DNA of 64,000 nucleotides from assembly GCA_003139775.1 (NCBI GenBank), contig PLGI01000198.1:964-64963 (forward strand), read 5' to 3'. Every line of letters starts with the position of its first letter. Positions within the stretch are counted from its first letter, which is position 1. The DNA comes from Syntrophaceae bacterium. Its GTDB lineage: Bacteria > Desulfobacterota > Syntrophia > Syntrophales > Smithellaceae. The position numbers and the translations under genes were made by a program. Shown here piece after piece: positions 1 through 9,193 of the stretch. The notes under the pieces were generated by a model. That model did no database searches and had not been told where the DNA came from. It saw only the letters and a program-made list of their open reading frames with translations.

Positions 1-1614
1 CATGCCCAGAATTAGATCTTCATCTTTCAAGACATCCACCAAGACATTCAGCATATCGGGACGGATCATTGCCGAAACCATCTTTAAACTATAGGATCTC
101 TTTACGCTCGTTATGGCTACATAGGCAAAGCTGATAAGCGCCCAAGCACCGGCGATGAGGAAACAGATATCCACTTCGGCCTTGGAATCGGCATTGCCTA
201 TGGAATACAGATAAACGATGGCAATAACCATAATAACATTGCCGATGACACCTAGCACCGGAATAAGGCCGTGCTTGAGGATGCTGAAATCTTCTCTTTT
301 TTTGAAGGCGATGATGGTCCACACACAGGTTAAACCGTAGAGAATGAAAGTTCCGAAGTTTGAAGCAAGCGCGATGCCGGTAAGTCCGACCACCGACCGC
401 ACGCCGATCGCCGCGATGACTGAAGAAACGATAACCATGGCAACAATAGCCACATGCGGGGTGCTGAATTTCTGATGGATGAAACCCATCATGCTCGGCA
501 ATTCCCGGCCGCCGGCCATACCCGCGCTTACGCGGATGGCTGTATTCATACAGCTCAGGGTCGTGCCGATGATTGCGATAACTACTGTAACCGCCATGGT
601 AATCATAAGGCCGAATCCTATGCCGGGGAGCACGTTGTTGCCTATAAGCACTGCCAGATCGCCGATGGGCGCGGAAGAAGCGGCCGCGGCGGCCATTCCT
701 GTAGTAAGAGTCTTCCCGCTGCCGTTTATCAGTTTTTCACTGATCATGGTGCCCGCGGCAAAATATTCGATCAGATAGGCAAACAAACCCTGAATAATCA
801 GAGAAATGATGATAGCCTTCGGAATATTCTTCGACGGTTCTTTGGTTTCGGCAGCCAGAGCCGTGCAGCTCTCAAAACCGACCAATATAAGGATGGCAAG
901 AGTGGATTGGACAAGGACGCCGTTGAGCGAATGCGGCATGATGATATCCCATCCGCTGCTGAATGCCCATGTAGTAGCTCCCTGCGGGTTTCCCAGCCGG
1001 TAAAAGATAGCCAGGCCGCTGAAAATAACGAGAGTAACAAGCTGTATTATATTGATCCAGATGGAGGTCATAGTGGACCCGGTCACGCCGCGGTAGGCAA
1101 TATATCCGATGACTACTGCAATGATAACCGCAATAACCGTCAGGGAAATATTGGACAAGGTTCCACCGGAGAATTGGGTATAGATATACCCGATCATTGT
1201 GGCGAACATGGCCACCATAACACCCGGGTAGACCCAGTAAAACAAATGCGCGGCCCAGCCCGTCGCCAGCTTGGAGAGGCGAGCCATTGAATTGGGAGCC
1301 GCTCTTTTTGTTCCTGCATTGTCGAGGAAAGCCTTTTCCGCGAAGTAAGTAACGCTGGCAAAGCCCGCCTCCGGATAAATCTTCGCCAACTGCGAATAGG
1401 AAAGAGCTGTGAGAAAGCAAATAATCAAGGCAACCACAATCCCTGCCCAGATATCGCTTGCCACCGATGCCCCACTGGGTGCGGTAGCCGCGGCCTGCAT
1501 CTGGTACGTAATCCATAAAAATGCACCTGGTGCAATGAGTGCCATCGCGTTCACGGTCGCACCCCATAATCCCAGTGTAGGCTTTACTAAAGTTGAAATT
1601 TTTTCTTTAACCAT
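1..1614 (-). CDS. APC-superfamily amino-acid/polyamine permease, 3' end beyond window; last ~27 visible codons resemble the start of a PII (GlnB-like) domain
   Basis: Absent from ORF track because no stop lies in the window. Hand translation from ATG 1614..1612 (AGGAGG box a few nt upstream): MVKEKISTLVKPTLGLWGATVNAMALIAPGAFLWITYQMQ..., about 510 codons of multi-TM hydrophobic sequence, open to base 1. Track ORFs 454..1290(+), 479..778(+), 872..1567(-) are shadow frames of this gene. Confidence 0.75.
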   Translation of the reverse strand, partial: MVKEKISTLVKPTLGLWGATVNAMALIAPGAFLWITYQMQAAATAPSGASVASDIWAGIVVALIICFLTALSYSQLAKIYPEAGFASVTYFAEKAFLDNAGTKRAAPNSMARLSKLATGWAAHLFYWVYPGVMVAMFATMIGYIYTQFSGGTLSNISLTVIAVIIAVVIGYIAYRGVTGSTMTSIWINIIQLVTLVIFSGLAIFYRLGNPQGATTWAFSSGWDIIMPHSLNGVLVQSTLAILILVGFESCTALAAETKEPSKNIPKAIIISLIIQGLFAYLIEYFAAGTMISEKLINGSGKTLTTGMAAAAASSAPIGDLAVLIGNNVLPGIGFGLMITMAVTVVIAIIGTTLSCMNTAIRVSAGMAGGRELPSMMGFIHQKFSTPHVAIVAMVIVSSVIAAIGVRSVVGLTGIALASNFGTFILYGLTCVWTIIAFKKREDFSILKHGLIPVLGVIGNVIMVIAIVYLYSIGNADSKAEVDICFLIAGAWALISFAYVAITSVKRSYSLKMVSAMIRPDMLNVLVDVLKDEDLILGM

Positions 1615-1657
1615 TGCTCTTTCCTCCTTTTTCGAATTTATCATTGGCTTTAGATAG

Positions 1658-1674
1658 AGCATCCTTCGTGCCAA
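1658..1674 (-). promoter_or_regulatory. sigma-54 (-24/-12) promoter of the permease gene
   Basis: Minus-strand reading TTGGCACGAAGGATGCT = TGGCAC-N5-(A)TGC, ~45 nt upstream of the ATG at 1614. Confidence 0.7.
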
Positions 1675-1784
1675 CGTCTAAGATTTGATCCGGCAGAAGT
1701 CATAAGACAGCATTATGAAAGGTAAAATAATTGAATTGCAGTTTTCAGAGGATCGCAAAGACAGATAAAAAGAAATAACAAAAC

Positions 1785-1825
1785 TGTATTAATATGAACT
1801 GTAACCTTCTGATATGTAGGAATAT
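1785..1825 (-). promoter_or_regulatory. Candidate enhancer (UAS) shared with nifH
   Basis: GTATTAATA (1786..1794) and GTAGGAATA (1816..1824) 30 bp apart with TAACC between. 32 of 39 positions identical to 15524..15562 by hand alignment. ~120-150 bp upstream of the sigma-54 promoter. Confidence 0.5.
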
Positions 1826-2067
1826 CGATACATCGACGGTAATGGGGAGAGCCTTTCTCTCCATCATTAAAGTATCAATCATATGAAGCACGAATTAAAG
1901 GCCGCGAGAACTGCTACTGTGCGCAGGTCCGCGAAGACACGGGGTAAGACCGGCGGCTGATACCGAAATTTACAAACCGATGTTGAATCATCAAAATTCT
2001 ATGTTCGCTCCAAGTAGCCCGATTTCTCCGGTTTATATGTCAGATTTTCTATCCATCAATGTTCAGT

Positions 2068-2388
2068 CTAATTATTTCCAAACTGGATTATCATTGCGCC
2101 ACAAATAATAATCATCAACCCGACCCAAGTTGTGTATGGTATATTCTCTCTAAATACAAAACGGCCGAATAATATGCTTATCATTGCAAAGATTGCCACA
2201 TAGACTCCGAGCAGTTTTGAAAAATCCCATTTGACCGTGTTGACAAGTACGCCATAGGAACCCAGTATAGCGCACCCTATCAATATGACAGCTACGTTTT
2301 TTCCGCGCAATCCCTTACGGACAATCGCATCACCGCTAACCTCTAATATTGCTGCACCAATGAAAATAAGCCAAACCCAATATGTCAT
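2068..2388 (-). CDS. Small 4-TM membrane protein, UPF0060/YnfA-like (SMR/DMT-like)
   Basis: 106 aa, four hydrophobic segments. Pattern ILEVSGDAIVRKGLRG...YGVLVN...VYVAIFAMISILFG...GLMIIICGAMIIQ resembles the YnfA family. Start overlaps the nifV stop. Confidence 0.6.
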   Translation of the reverse strand: MTYWVWLIFIGAAILEVSGDAIVRKGLRGKNVAVILIGCAILGSYGVLVNTVKWDFSKLLGVYVAIFAMISILFGRFVFRENIPYTTWVGLMIIICGAMIIQFGNN

Positions 2389-3569
2389 ATTTGCTCCTCA
2401 TTTTTTTTGACAATGGCGTCCAAATAAGCAGCGGATATATTTTTACAGTGAACGGCCACTTCCTTGAACTGGGTCATAATGTCATCCAGTTGTTTTTCGT
2501 TAACTACATAACCGATTTTTTCAATATAACTTCGGATAGCATGACGGCCGGAATGCTTCCCGAGGACGAACCGGCTCTCCGGTATGCCTACCGATTGGGG
2601 TGTCATGATTTCATAGGTTTGCGTATTTTTAAGTAAGCCATCCTGATGGATGCCCGCTTCATGGGCAAAAGCATTAGCTCCCACGATAGCCTTGTTAGGC
2701 TGAACAGAAATTCCGGTGATTTCCGTCAGGAGTTGGGACGTCTTGTATATCTGCTCCATTTTGATCCTCGTCTGCACGTCGAAATGGTCGTTTCTTGTCT
2801 TTAAGGCCATGACCACTTCTTCCAGCGCGGCGTTGCCTGCCCGTTCACCGATACCGTTGATGGTGCATTTTACCTGGCTTACGCCCTGTTCCACAGCGGC
2901 CAGAGTATTGGCCACAGCAAGGCCAAGATCGTCATGGCAATGGATGGAAAGAATATGATCGCCGATATTTCCGGTGCGCTCAAAGATGTAGCTGATCAAC
3001 TCACCGAATTCAGAAGGAATGGCATAACCCACCGTATCGGCAACATTGACGATCTTTGCGCCCGCATCGATGGCCACCTCCAGAAGCCGGCAAAGAAAAT
3101 CCTTGTCCGTTCTTGTTGCGTCCATGGGCGAAAACTCGATGTTGTCCGTATAGGTTCGGGCATAGGCTACGGACATTTTTGTTATTTCCATTATTTCCTG
3201 CCGACTTTTTCTTAACTGATATTTAAGCAGAATATCGGAAGCCGGAAGAATAATATGGATGCGGGGAACAGCCGCTTCCCGGATGGCCTCCCATGTCCGG
3301 TCGATGTCGGTGGTTCTTGCTCTGGCGATGGCGGCGATCTGGCAACCTCTGATTTTCCGGGCTATCTGACGAACGGCGGTGAATTCTCCCGCGGAGGAGA
3401 CAGGAAATCCCGCTTCAATAATGTCCACGCCCAGTATTTCCAGTTGCCGCGCTAAGCGAAGCTTTTCGTCAGGCATCATGCCGGCGCCGGGTGACTGTTC
3501 TCCATCCCGCAAGGTCGTATCATATATAAAAATTCTTTTCCCCGGCATGGCTCTCTCCATACGGATCAT
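2385..3569 (-). CDS. nifV: Homocitrate synthase (NifV; LeuA/HMGL-like fold)
   Basis: [17 protein letters not shown]... [17 protein letters not shown]... typical of the isopropylmalate/homocitrate synthase family, ~390 aa, in a nif cluster. Start may be the ATGA-overlapped 3569 or the internal Met at 3548. Confidence 0.8.
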   Translation of the reverse strand: MIRMERAMPGKRIFIYDTTLRDGEQSPGAGMMPDEKLRLARQLEILGVDIIEAGFPVSSAGEFTAVRQIARKIRGCQIAAIARARTTDIDRTWEAIREAAVPRIHIILPASDILLKYQLRKSRQEIMEITKMSVAYARTYTDNIEFSPMDATRTDKDFLCRLLEVAIDAGAKIVNVADTVGYAIPSEFGELISYIFERTGNIGDHILSIHCHDDLGLAVANTLAAVEQGVSQVKCTINGIGERAGNAALEEVVMALKTRNDHFDVQTRIKMEQIYKTSQLLTEITGISVQPNKAIVGANAFAHEAGIHQDGLLKNTQTYEIMTPQSVGIPESRFVLGKHSGRHAIRSYIEKIGYVVNEKQLDDIMTQFKEVAVHCKNISAAYLDAIVKKNEEQI

Positions 3570-4057
3570 GTTAATTTTTTATTGATGGCGTCCAGTTTTC
3601 CGTAGAGTGCGGTCATCCGGCTCGTCACAAGGCCTGCCTGCCGGTAAAACATCAGTGCCCCGATATTTGTGACGTCGGCAACGAGTTGAATACGATGGGC
3701 ACCTTGCCCGGAACCCCAGACAATGACCTGTTCCAAAAGCTTTGTTCCGATACCTTTACGCCGGAATCCGGAAGCGACATACATGTCTTCCAGTAAAATC
3801 GAGTATCCGCCGCTGGATGTCGAGACGACGATCTGCGCTGTAACCATACCCACAACCTTGCCCGCCGCTTCGGCAATATAAATGGTCCCGGCATGCTGGT
3901 CCACAAGTAGAAGTTGCAGGCCGACCCTATTTTTATCAGCATCTATGGCAAAGTCTTTTTCAAGCTCAAAAAGATGATGGAGAAAAGTAACCATCGTCTG
4001 GATATCTCCGGGCTCTCCTTTCCTTATGCGAATATTCTTCATAGTTTCAATCCCCAT
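3566..4057 (-). CDS. GNAT-family N-acetyltransferase
   Basis: 163 aa with acetyl-CoA motif A (VASGFRRKGIGTKLLE). Confidence 0.8.
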   Translation of the reverse strand: MGIETMKNIRIRKGEPGDIQTMVTFLHHLFELEKDFAIDADKNRVGLQLLLVDQHAGTIYIAEAAGKVVGMVTAQIVVSTSSGGYSILLEDMYVASGFRRKGIGTKLLEQVIVWGSGQGAHRIQLVADVTNIGALMFYRQAGLVTSRMTALYGKLDAINKKLT

Positions 4058-4061
4058 AAAA

Positions 4062-4775
4062 TTATAAGGCCAGCGTCAGCCATGTCGCGTGCGCTGCTTT
4101 GGCAGGTGCACCCGTTGACGGTGTGGACGAGATGGATCTTTGCAACCAGCCTTTATCGATTTTCCCCTCGACAACAGGCAATATTTCGTCGGCCAGAGAG
4201 AATGCCTCTTGAATGTCATGGGTAACGTAAATAATAGGGAAAGTCATTTCATCCCTTAATAGTTTAACGTCTTCCCTCAGCTTCCGTCTGTTCATGAAAT
4301 CAAGTGCGGAAAAAGGTTCATCAAGAAGAAGCGCTCTGGGATTGCGGGCCAGAGCCTGACAGATGGCGCAGCGTTGACGTTCGCCGCCGGAAACCCTGTT
4401 GGGTTTACGGTCTCGAAGATGGCTTATGCCGAACATTTCGAGCAGATCGTCCGCCCGTTTAAGATCCCTGGTGGCAAAAGCCGCATTTTCACGCAGCGTC
4501 AAATGGGGGAAAAGGGTATAGTCTTGAAACACGTATCCCAGGCGGCGCTTCTGAGGGGCGACATAAATTTTTTGTGATGAATCGAACCAGACCTCGTCTC
4601 TATAGCTGATGCGGCCTTCGTCCGGAGTTTCGAGTCCCGCGATCATACGAATAATGGACGTTTTGCCGCTGCCCGACGGCCCGATCATCGCCAGTAATTC
4701 TTCAGGGAAACAGGAAAAGTTTATATCCAGATCAAAATAATTCAACTTTTTTTTGATGCAAACCCGGAGAGCCAT
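4062..4775 (-). CDS. modC: Molybdate ABC transporter ATP-binding protein, short form without obvious C-terminal TOBE domain
   Basis: Walker A GPSGSGKT, signature LSGGERQR, Walker B LLLDEPFSALD. Start moved to the Met after a GAGGAA box, 1 nt after the modB stop. Confidence 0.8.
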   Translation of the reverse strand: MALRVCIKKKLNYFDLDINFSCFPEELLAMIGPSGSGKTSIIRMIAGLETPDEGRISYRDEVWFDSSQKIYVAPQKRRLGYVFQDYTLFPHLTLRENAAFATRDLKRADDLLEMFGISHLRDRKPNRVSGGERQRCAICQALARNPRALLLDEPFSALDFMNRRKLREDVKLLRDEMTFPIIYVTHDIQEAFSLADEILPVVEGKIDKGWLQRSISSTPSTGAPAKAAHATWLTLAL

Positions 4776-4776
4776 A

Positions 4777-5448
4777 TCAAGATTCCTCACGATTCAGTTT
4801 GTTTACAATTAATAGAAATATATAACTTACCGGAACCAGACAAAGGGACATGAGCCCGGCTTCCCGGTAATTCATGGATTCCACAGCCTCATAAATAGCG
4901 ATAGCAGCGACTTTTGTTTCTCCAGGCACACTGCCCCCGACCATCAGGATGATGCCGAAGGCCCCCATGCTGTGCAGAAACACCAGGATCGCCGCGGCCG
5001 CGATACCACTTAAGCTGTTAGGAATGATCACCCGGAAGAAGGCCTCTGTGCGGGATAGACCGAGAACATATGCATTTTCCAGGAGCCGGCGATCAATCTT
5101 TTGAAAGGCGGCCTTCATCGGCTGCAGCGCAAAGGGAAGACTGCAAACCGCCGATGCAGCGGCAATTCCCAAGAAAGTGAACAGGAGCGATCCGCCCGTC
5201 ATGCTCTCCCAAAGACGTCCGACTACTCCTTTCGGACCCATTATCACCAAGAGATAAAAACCCATGACCGTAGGAGGCAGCGCCATAGGCAGGTTGATCA
5301 GCGCCTCGATGAATGATTTGCCCGGAAACTTCAGGAATGCAAGCCCATAGGCAAGAGGCGCCGCCAGAACCGTCAATATGGCTGTCGTCGCAATAGAGAG
5401 TTTTAATGAAACATATAAAGGTATCAGATCCATTTTACCTGTATCCAT
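4777..5448 (-). CDS. modB: Molybdate ABC transporter permease
   Basis: 223 aa polytopic protein of the CysTW/ModB type, placed between modA and modC. Confidence 0.85.
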   Translation of the reverse strand: MDTGKMDLIPLYVSLKLSIATTAILTVLAAPLAYGLAFLKFPGKSFIEALINLPMALPPTVMGFYLLVIMGPKGVVGRLWESMTGGSLLFTFLGIAAASAVCSLPFALQPMKAAFQKIDRRLLENAYVLGLSRTEAFFRVIIPNSLSGIAAAAILVFLHSMGAFGIILMVGGSVPGETKVAAIAIYEAVESMNYREAGLMSLCLVPVSYIFLLIVNKLNREES

Positions 5449-6175
5449 ACTTTTTCTTGATAAGTTCAGCCTCGGAAGAAATTAGAAATAACGCAAATTT
5501 GGAAGCCGCAGGTTTATTCTTTCCTTTCAGAACACAGGCCGACTGCACCACAGGCGGAGCTTGGGCCACCATGAAGAAACATCCTTTCCTGCCGCCATCC
5601 GTTACCGTTGATGATAGCGCACAGAATCCGGCATCGACGGCCTCGGAAGAGGCGTACTGAAATGTCTGGGCGATATCCTGGGCGATGACCAGCTTGCCTT
5701 GCAGAGCTTCCCATGATTGGGTATCCTTCATGGCCTTCATGGCGGCTGTTCCATAAGGGGCAGTAACCGGATTGGCAAGGGCTATTTTTTTTACAGACTC
5801 TCTTCTTAATGCTTCACGCCAATCGCCGGTCTTGCAAAAATCTTTTTTAGCCGACCACAAAACCACCTTGCCTGTCGCATAAATAAACGGTTTTTCGGCA
5901 AGACCTCCCTGATAAAGACGACTCGGACGATCTTCATCGGCGGACAGGAAAATATCATAAGGCGCCCCGTTGATGATCTGGCTATAAAGATTTCCGGAAG
6001 ATGTGAAGGTTGTCTCTACCTTGATGCCCGTGCTTGCCTCGAATTCCACGACAAGCTCTTTCATCGTCTGGATGTAATTAGCAGCCACCGCCGCGCGAAT
6101 TTTTTCTTCCGCATGAGCAAAGGAAGGCATTATCAATAATAATAAAAGAATATATCGGAAAAAACGGGTTTTCAT
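5435..6175 (-). CDS. modA: Periplasmic molybdate-binding protein
   Basis: Signal peptide MKTRFFRYILLLLLIMPSFAHA, then the ModA pattern TFTSSGNLYSQIINGAPYDIFLSAD. Confidence 0.85.
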   Translation of the reverse strand: MKTRFFRYILLLLLIMPSFAHAEEKIRAAVAANYIQTMKELVVEFEASTGIKVETTFTSSGNLYSQIINGAPYDIFLSADEDRPSRLYQGGLAEKPFIYATGKVVLWSAKKDFCKTGDWREALRRESVKKIALANPVTAPYGTAAMKAMKDTQSWEALQGKLVIAQDIAQTFQYASSEAVDAGFCALSSTVTDGGRKGCFFMVAQAPPVVQSACVLKGKNKPAASKFALFLISSEAELIKKKYGYR

Positions 6176-6192
6176 GGTAATTATTTTCCTTT

Positions 6193-6498
6193 CTATATGA
6201 GATAATTGTCCGCAGTTCTGCCGGCTTCCAGGGCATCGATGATTTCATCAATGGCTGATTCATTCTCGATTTTACCGTACCACCAGTTTTCCGGATAGAT
6301 CACCATGGCCGGTCCCCGATCGCAGACCTTGAGACATCCGGTGCTCGATACGACAACATCCGTTAAGCCCCTGTCGGATAGTTCCCGCTCCATATACTGA
6401 AGTAATTGCATGGAGTCCTTTTTGCTACAGACGCCTTGGGAATCTCCCGCAGCTCGGAAGCTTCCACAAACGAAAATATGATGTTTTGGTTTTTTCAT
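6193..6498 (-). CDS. Thioredoxin-like [2Fe-2S] ferredoxin
   Basis: MKKPKHHIFVCGSFR...GVCSKK...TGCLKVCDRGPAMVIYPE (Cys-X12-Cys...Cys-X3-Cys). Start trimmed to the Met at 6498 (GAGAGGA RBS) because the longer ORF overlaps the nifB 3' end. Confidence 0.75.
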   Translation of the reverse strand: MKKPKHHIFVCGSFRAAGDSQGVCSKKDSMQLLQYMERELSDRGLTDVVVSSTGCLKVCDRGPAMVIYPENWWYGKIENESAIDEIIDALEAGRTADNYLI

Positions 6499-6536
6499 TT
6501 TAATTCCTCTCTTTCCATTAGTCTTTTTATTATTGA

Positions 6537-7796
6537 TTATCCGCACCCCGTGCCATTCCCGCTGCATTGCTGGCCAATGCCGCAATGGCCAGCTTTACGC
6601 AGAAGGATTTTCGGTATGGCTTTTCCCGTTAGGGTGGCCTCGATGCCCTCCTTGGCCAACCCTTCCATGACGACAACATTAACGCCGCTGTTTTCAAGAA
6701 TGGCCAGAGGGCTGGGACCGATACCGCTGGCGAGAACGGTATTGCAGTCACGCAGCAAAAGAGACATGGCATCCCAGCGCTCCGGCCCGCCGCCAGGAGG
6801 AGGTGTGGAACGGCGTTCAATCAAAACAATTTTCCCGTCACGCATGCCAAATATCCATAATCCGGCAGCTTCACCCAAGTGTTGATTCACAAAGAACCCC
6901 TCCATGCTGGCTACGGCCACATAGGGTCTTTCCGGACTTTGATGGGGCAAAGAGGCTTTTCGGAGAAGATCCATGATTTCATCATTTTGTTTCTCTCCGA
7001 TCATTCCTGTGGCATCAGCGCGGCACCGGCTGCAATGAGACATCTGGGGAAGGTATGAACCGGCAGCCTTGCGCAGTCTCTCTACTTTTTCGTGCGCCAG
7101 CGGAGCAATATCCGCAAATGGCGTACCGGCCACATGATACATGGGAATGGCATTAAAGATGTCCGCCCTCATGTTCGCCATCTGCCGGGCAATTTCTATG
7201 ACATGATCATCATTAATGCCGGGAATGATCACGGTATTGATCTTCACGGTGATGCTTTTTGCCTTGAGGCGTCGGATAGCCTCCTGCTGCTTTTCTAAAA
7301 TGACCCGCGCGGCATCAGCACCCCGATAAACTCTGCTTTTCAACCTGGCCCAGGCGTATATTTTCTCCGCGACAGCAGTGTCAACGGCGTTGACCGTCAA
7401 GGTGATATGACTGACCTTCAGATCCGCCAGCTCATCAACGTAGTCTGCCAAAGCCAAACCATTTGTAGCCACACAGAGCATCATCTCCGGGTGTCTTTCC
7501 CTGACCAGATGAAGCGTCACCAGTGTCTGCTCCGGATTAGCAAAAGGGTCGCCGGGACCGGCTATTCCCACCACGGCTATATTTTTGATCCTGTCCAGCA
7601 CCTCGTCGAGATAATCCGCCGCCTGCCAGGGCAGCAGGATCGTACTCGATACGCCCGGCCGGGATTCGTTGACACATTCAAAATCACGATTACAGTAGTT
7701 GCACTGCATATTGCACGCAGGCGCTACGGGCAGGTGAATCCTTCCTGTCCGGTGGCGTGCGCCTTCGCTGAAGCAGGGATGGTCTTGGTATTTCAT
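6537..7796 (-). CDS. nifB: FeMo-cofactor biosynthesis radical SAM protein NifB with C-terminal NifX-like domain
   Basis: HPCFSEGARHRTGRIHLPVAPACNMQCNYCNR radical-SAM signature, 419 aa. Confidence 0.95.
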   Translation of the reverse strand: MKYQDHPCFSEGARHRTGRIHLPVAPACNMQCNYCNRDFECVNESRPGVSSTILLPWQAADYLDEVLDRIKNIAVVGIAGPGDPFANPEQTLVTLHLVRERHPEMMLCVATNGLALADYVDELADLKVSHITLTVNAVDTAVAEKIYAWARLKSRVYRGADAARVILEKQQEAIRRLKAKSITVKINTVIIPGINDDHVIEIARQMANMRADIFNAIPMYHVAGTPFADIAPLAHEKVERLRKAAGSYLPQMSHCSRCRADATGMIGEKQNDEIMDLLRKASLPHQSPERPYVAVASMEGFFVNQHLGEAAGLWIFGMRDGKIVLIERRSTPPPGGGPERWDAMSLLLRDCNTVLASGIGPSPLAILENSGVNVVVMEGLAKEGIEATLTGKAIPKILLRKAGHCGIGQQCSGNGTGCG

Positions 7797-7807
7797 GATG
7801 CTTCCTC

Positions 7808-9193
7808 CTATATGTAACTGTATCCAATAGCCGAGCTGCTCTGTTTATGCTCAATCAAGGCATTAACGATCCGGTCAAAGAGCTGTTGCGTTCCCGCGTA
7901 TCCCACATGAAGAATACGCTGACCGCCAATTCGGTCATGAATCGGGAAACCGGCTCGTACCAAGGGAATGCTCAGGTTTTTTGCCAGATAATAGCCCTTG
8001 CTGTTGCCGATGATGATGTCCACGCCGATACTCCGGCAGATCTCCAGCATGTCTTCAAAGTCCGCATCGTCCCGAATAATGATATCCTTATGTCCCTCCG
8101 ACAATCCAGAGGAAACGATTTCCTTGAATTTTTTTATAGAGGCGCCGGTTGCGCACAGGGCCGGCACAATGCCGATCTCATCCAGAAACGAGGCCATCGA
8201 TGCCACGAAGTCCGCCTCTCCATAGATAACGGCACGTTTGCCGGAGACAACCTTGTGACCGTCTATATAAGCATCCACAAGCCGTCCCCTTTCTTTTTTG
8301 TACTTATCCGGCATGGCTCTGCCCGACATTTCCTCCAGAGCACCAAAGAAGCGGTCCGTTTCACCAATGCCGATAGGAATCCCCAGCGTTACGGCCTTGA
8401 CGCCAAATGTCTCTTGAAGATAAGAGGCTGCGGTATCCATCGAAGCAAGGCTTCCGCCTAACTGAATTGTCGCTACGGATTGTCCCATGGACCGGATCGA
8501 TGCAACCGGAGTCCCGCCGGGAGAGAGTTTCTGATAATCAGACCAGGATTCGCCATCCAGAGTTTCCGAATAATCAGGGAGCATGGTATAAGAAAAGTGA
8601 AAATCATCCAGTATCTCCTTGATATGCCGCAAATCGGCCGCCGATAAAAATCCGGGAACTATATTCAACCTTCTGCTCCGGGGGCCGCCGGCGGCGAGAC
8701 TGATAACAGTTGCCCGGACAGCCTCGTGGTAACCATCCATATGAGTGCCACGGTAACTGGGAGTCGAGGCATAAATCAGGGCGGGAATCTCCACACCCTT
8801 ATTTGCCGCTTTATATTGTTCAATATAACTGCGGACATCATCACCGATTGTCTCCGACAGACAGGTGGAAGCGATGCCGATTGCCGCAGGCCTATACTGG
8901 CGTGTCAGATTGTCCAGAGCGATTCTTAAATTATCCGCGCCGCCGAAGATGGCCGTCGCTTCGCTGAAATTCGAGGAGGCAATATCTATTGGTTCCTTGA
9001 AATGACTTATCACGTAACGGCGGATATAAGTCGCACAGCCCTGTGAACCATGAATAAGAGGGACACAGCCCTCGATGCCGCGAAAAACAAGACTGGCGCC
9101 CAGCGGCGCACAAAGTTTGCAGGCGTTCCTCGTAGAAACAAAAGATGGCGCTGTTTTTTTAACTGTGTGCAGCTTGACGGATTGAGTTTGCAT
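7808..9193 (-). CDS. nifN: Nitrogenase MoFe cofactor scaffold subunit NifN
   Basis: 461 aa NifK-like paralogue directly after nifE, overlapping it by 35 nt. Confidence 0.9.
   Translation of the reverse strand: MQTQSVKLHTVKKTAPSFVSTRNACKLCAPLGASLVFRGIEGCVPLIHGSQGCATYIRRYVISHFKEPIDIASSNFSEATAIFGGADNLRIALDNLTRQYRPAAIGIASTCLSETIGDDVRSYIEQYKAANKGVEIPALIYASTPSYRGTHMDGYHEAVRATVISLAAGGPRSRRLNIVPGFLSAADLRHIKEILDDFHFSYTMLPDYSETLDGESWSDYQKLSPGGTPVASIRSMGQSVATIQLGGSLASMDTAASYLQETFGVKAVTLGIPIGIGETDRFFGALEEMSGRAMPDKYKKERGRLVDAYIDGHKVVSGKRAVIYGEADFVASMASFLDEIGIVPALCATGASIKKFKEIVSSGLSEGHKDIIIRDDADFEDMLEICRSIGVDIIIGNSKGYYLAKNLSIPLVRAGFPIHDRIGGQRILHVGYAGTQQLFDRIVNALIEHKQSSSAIGYSYI

Noticed and set aside
454-1567. 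Long ORFs 454..1290(+), 479..778(+), 872..1567(-) listed in the track.
   Set aside because: They overlap a continuous 538-codon minus-strand frame with a strong RBS and clear permease-like TM sequence. Their translations are low-complexity, Arg/Gly/His-rich shadow frames.
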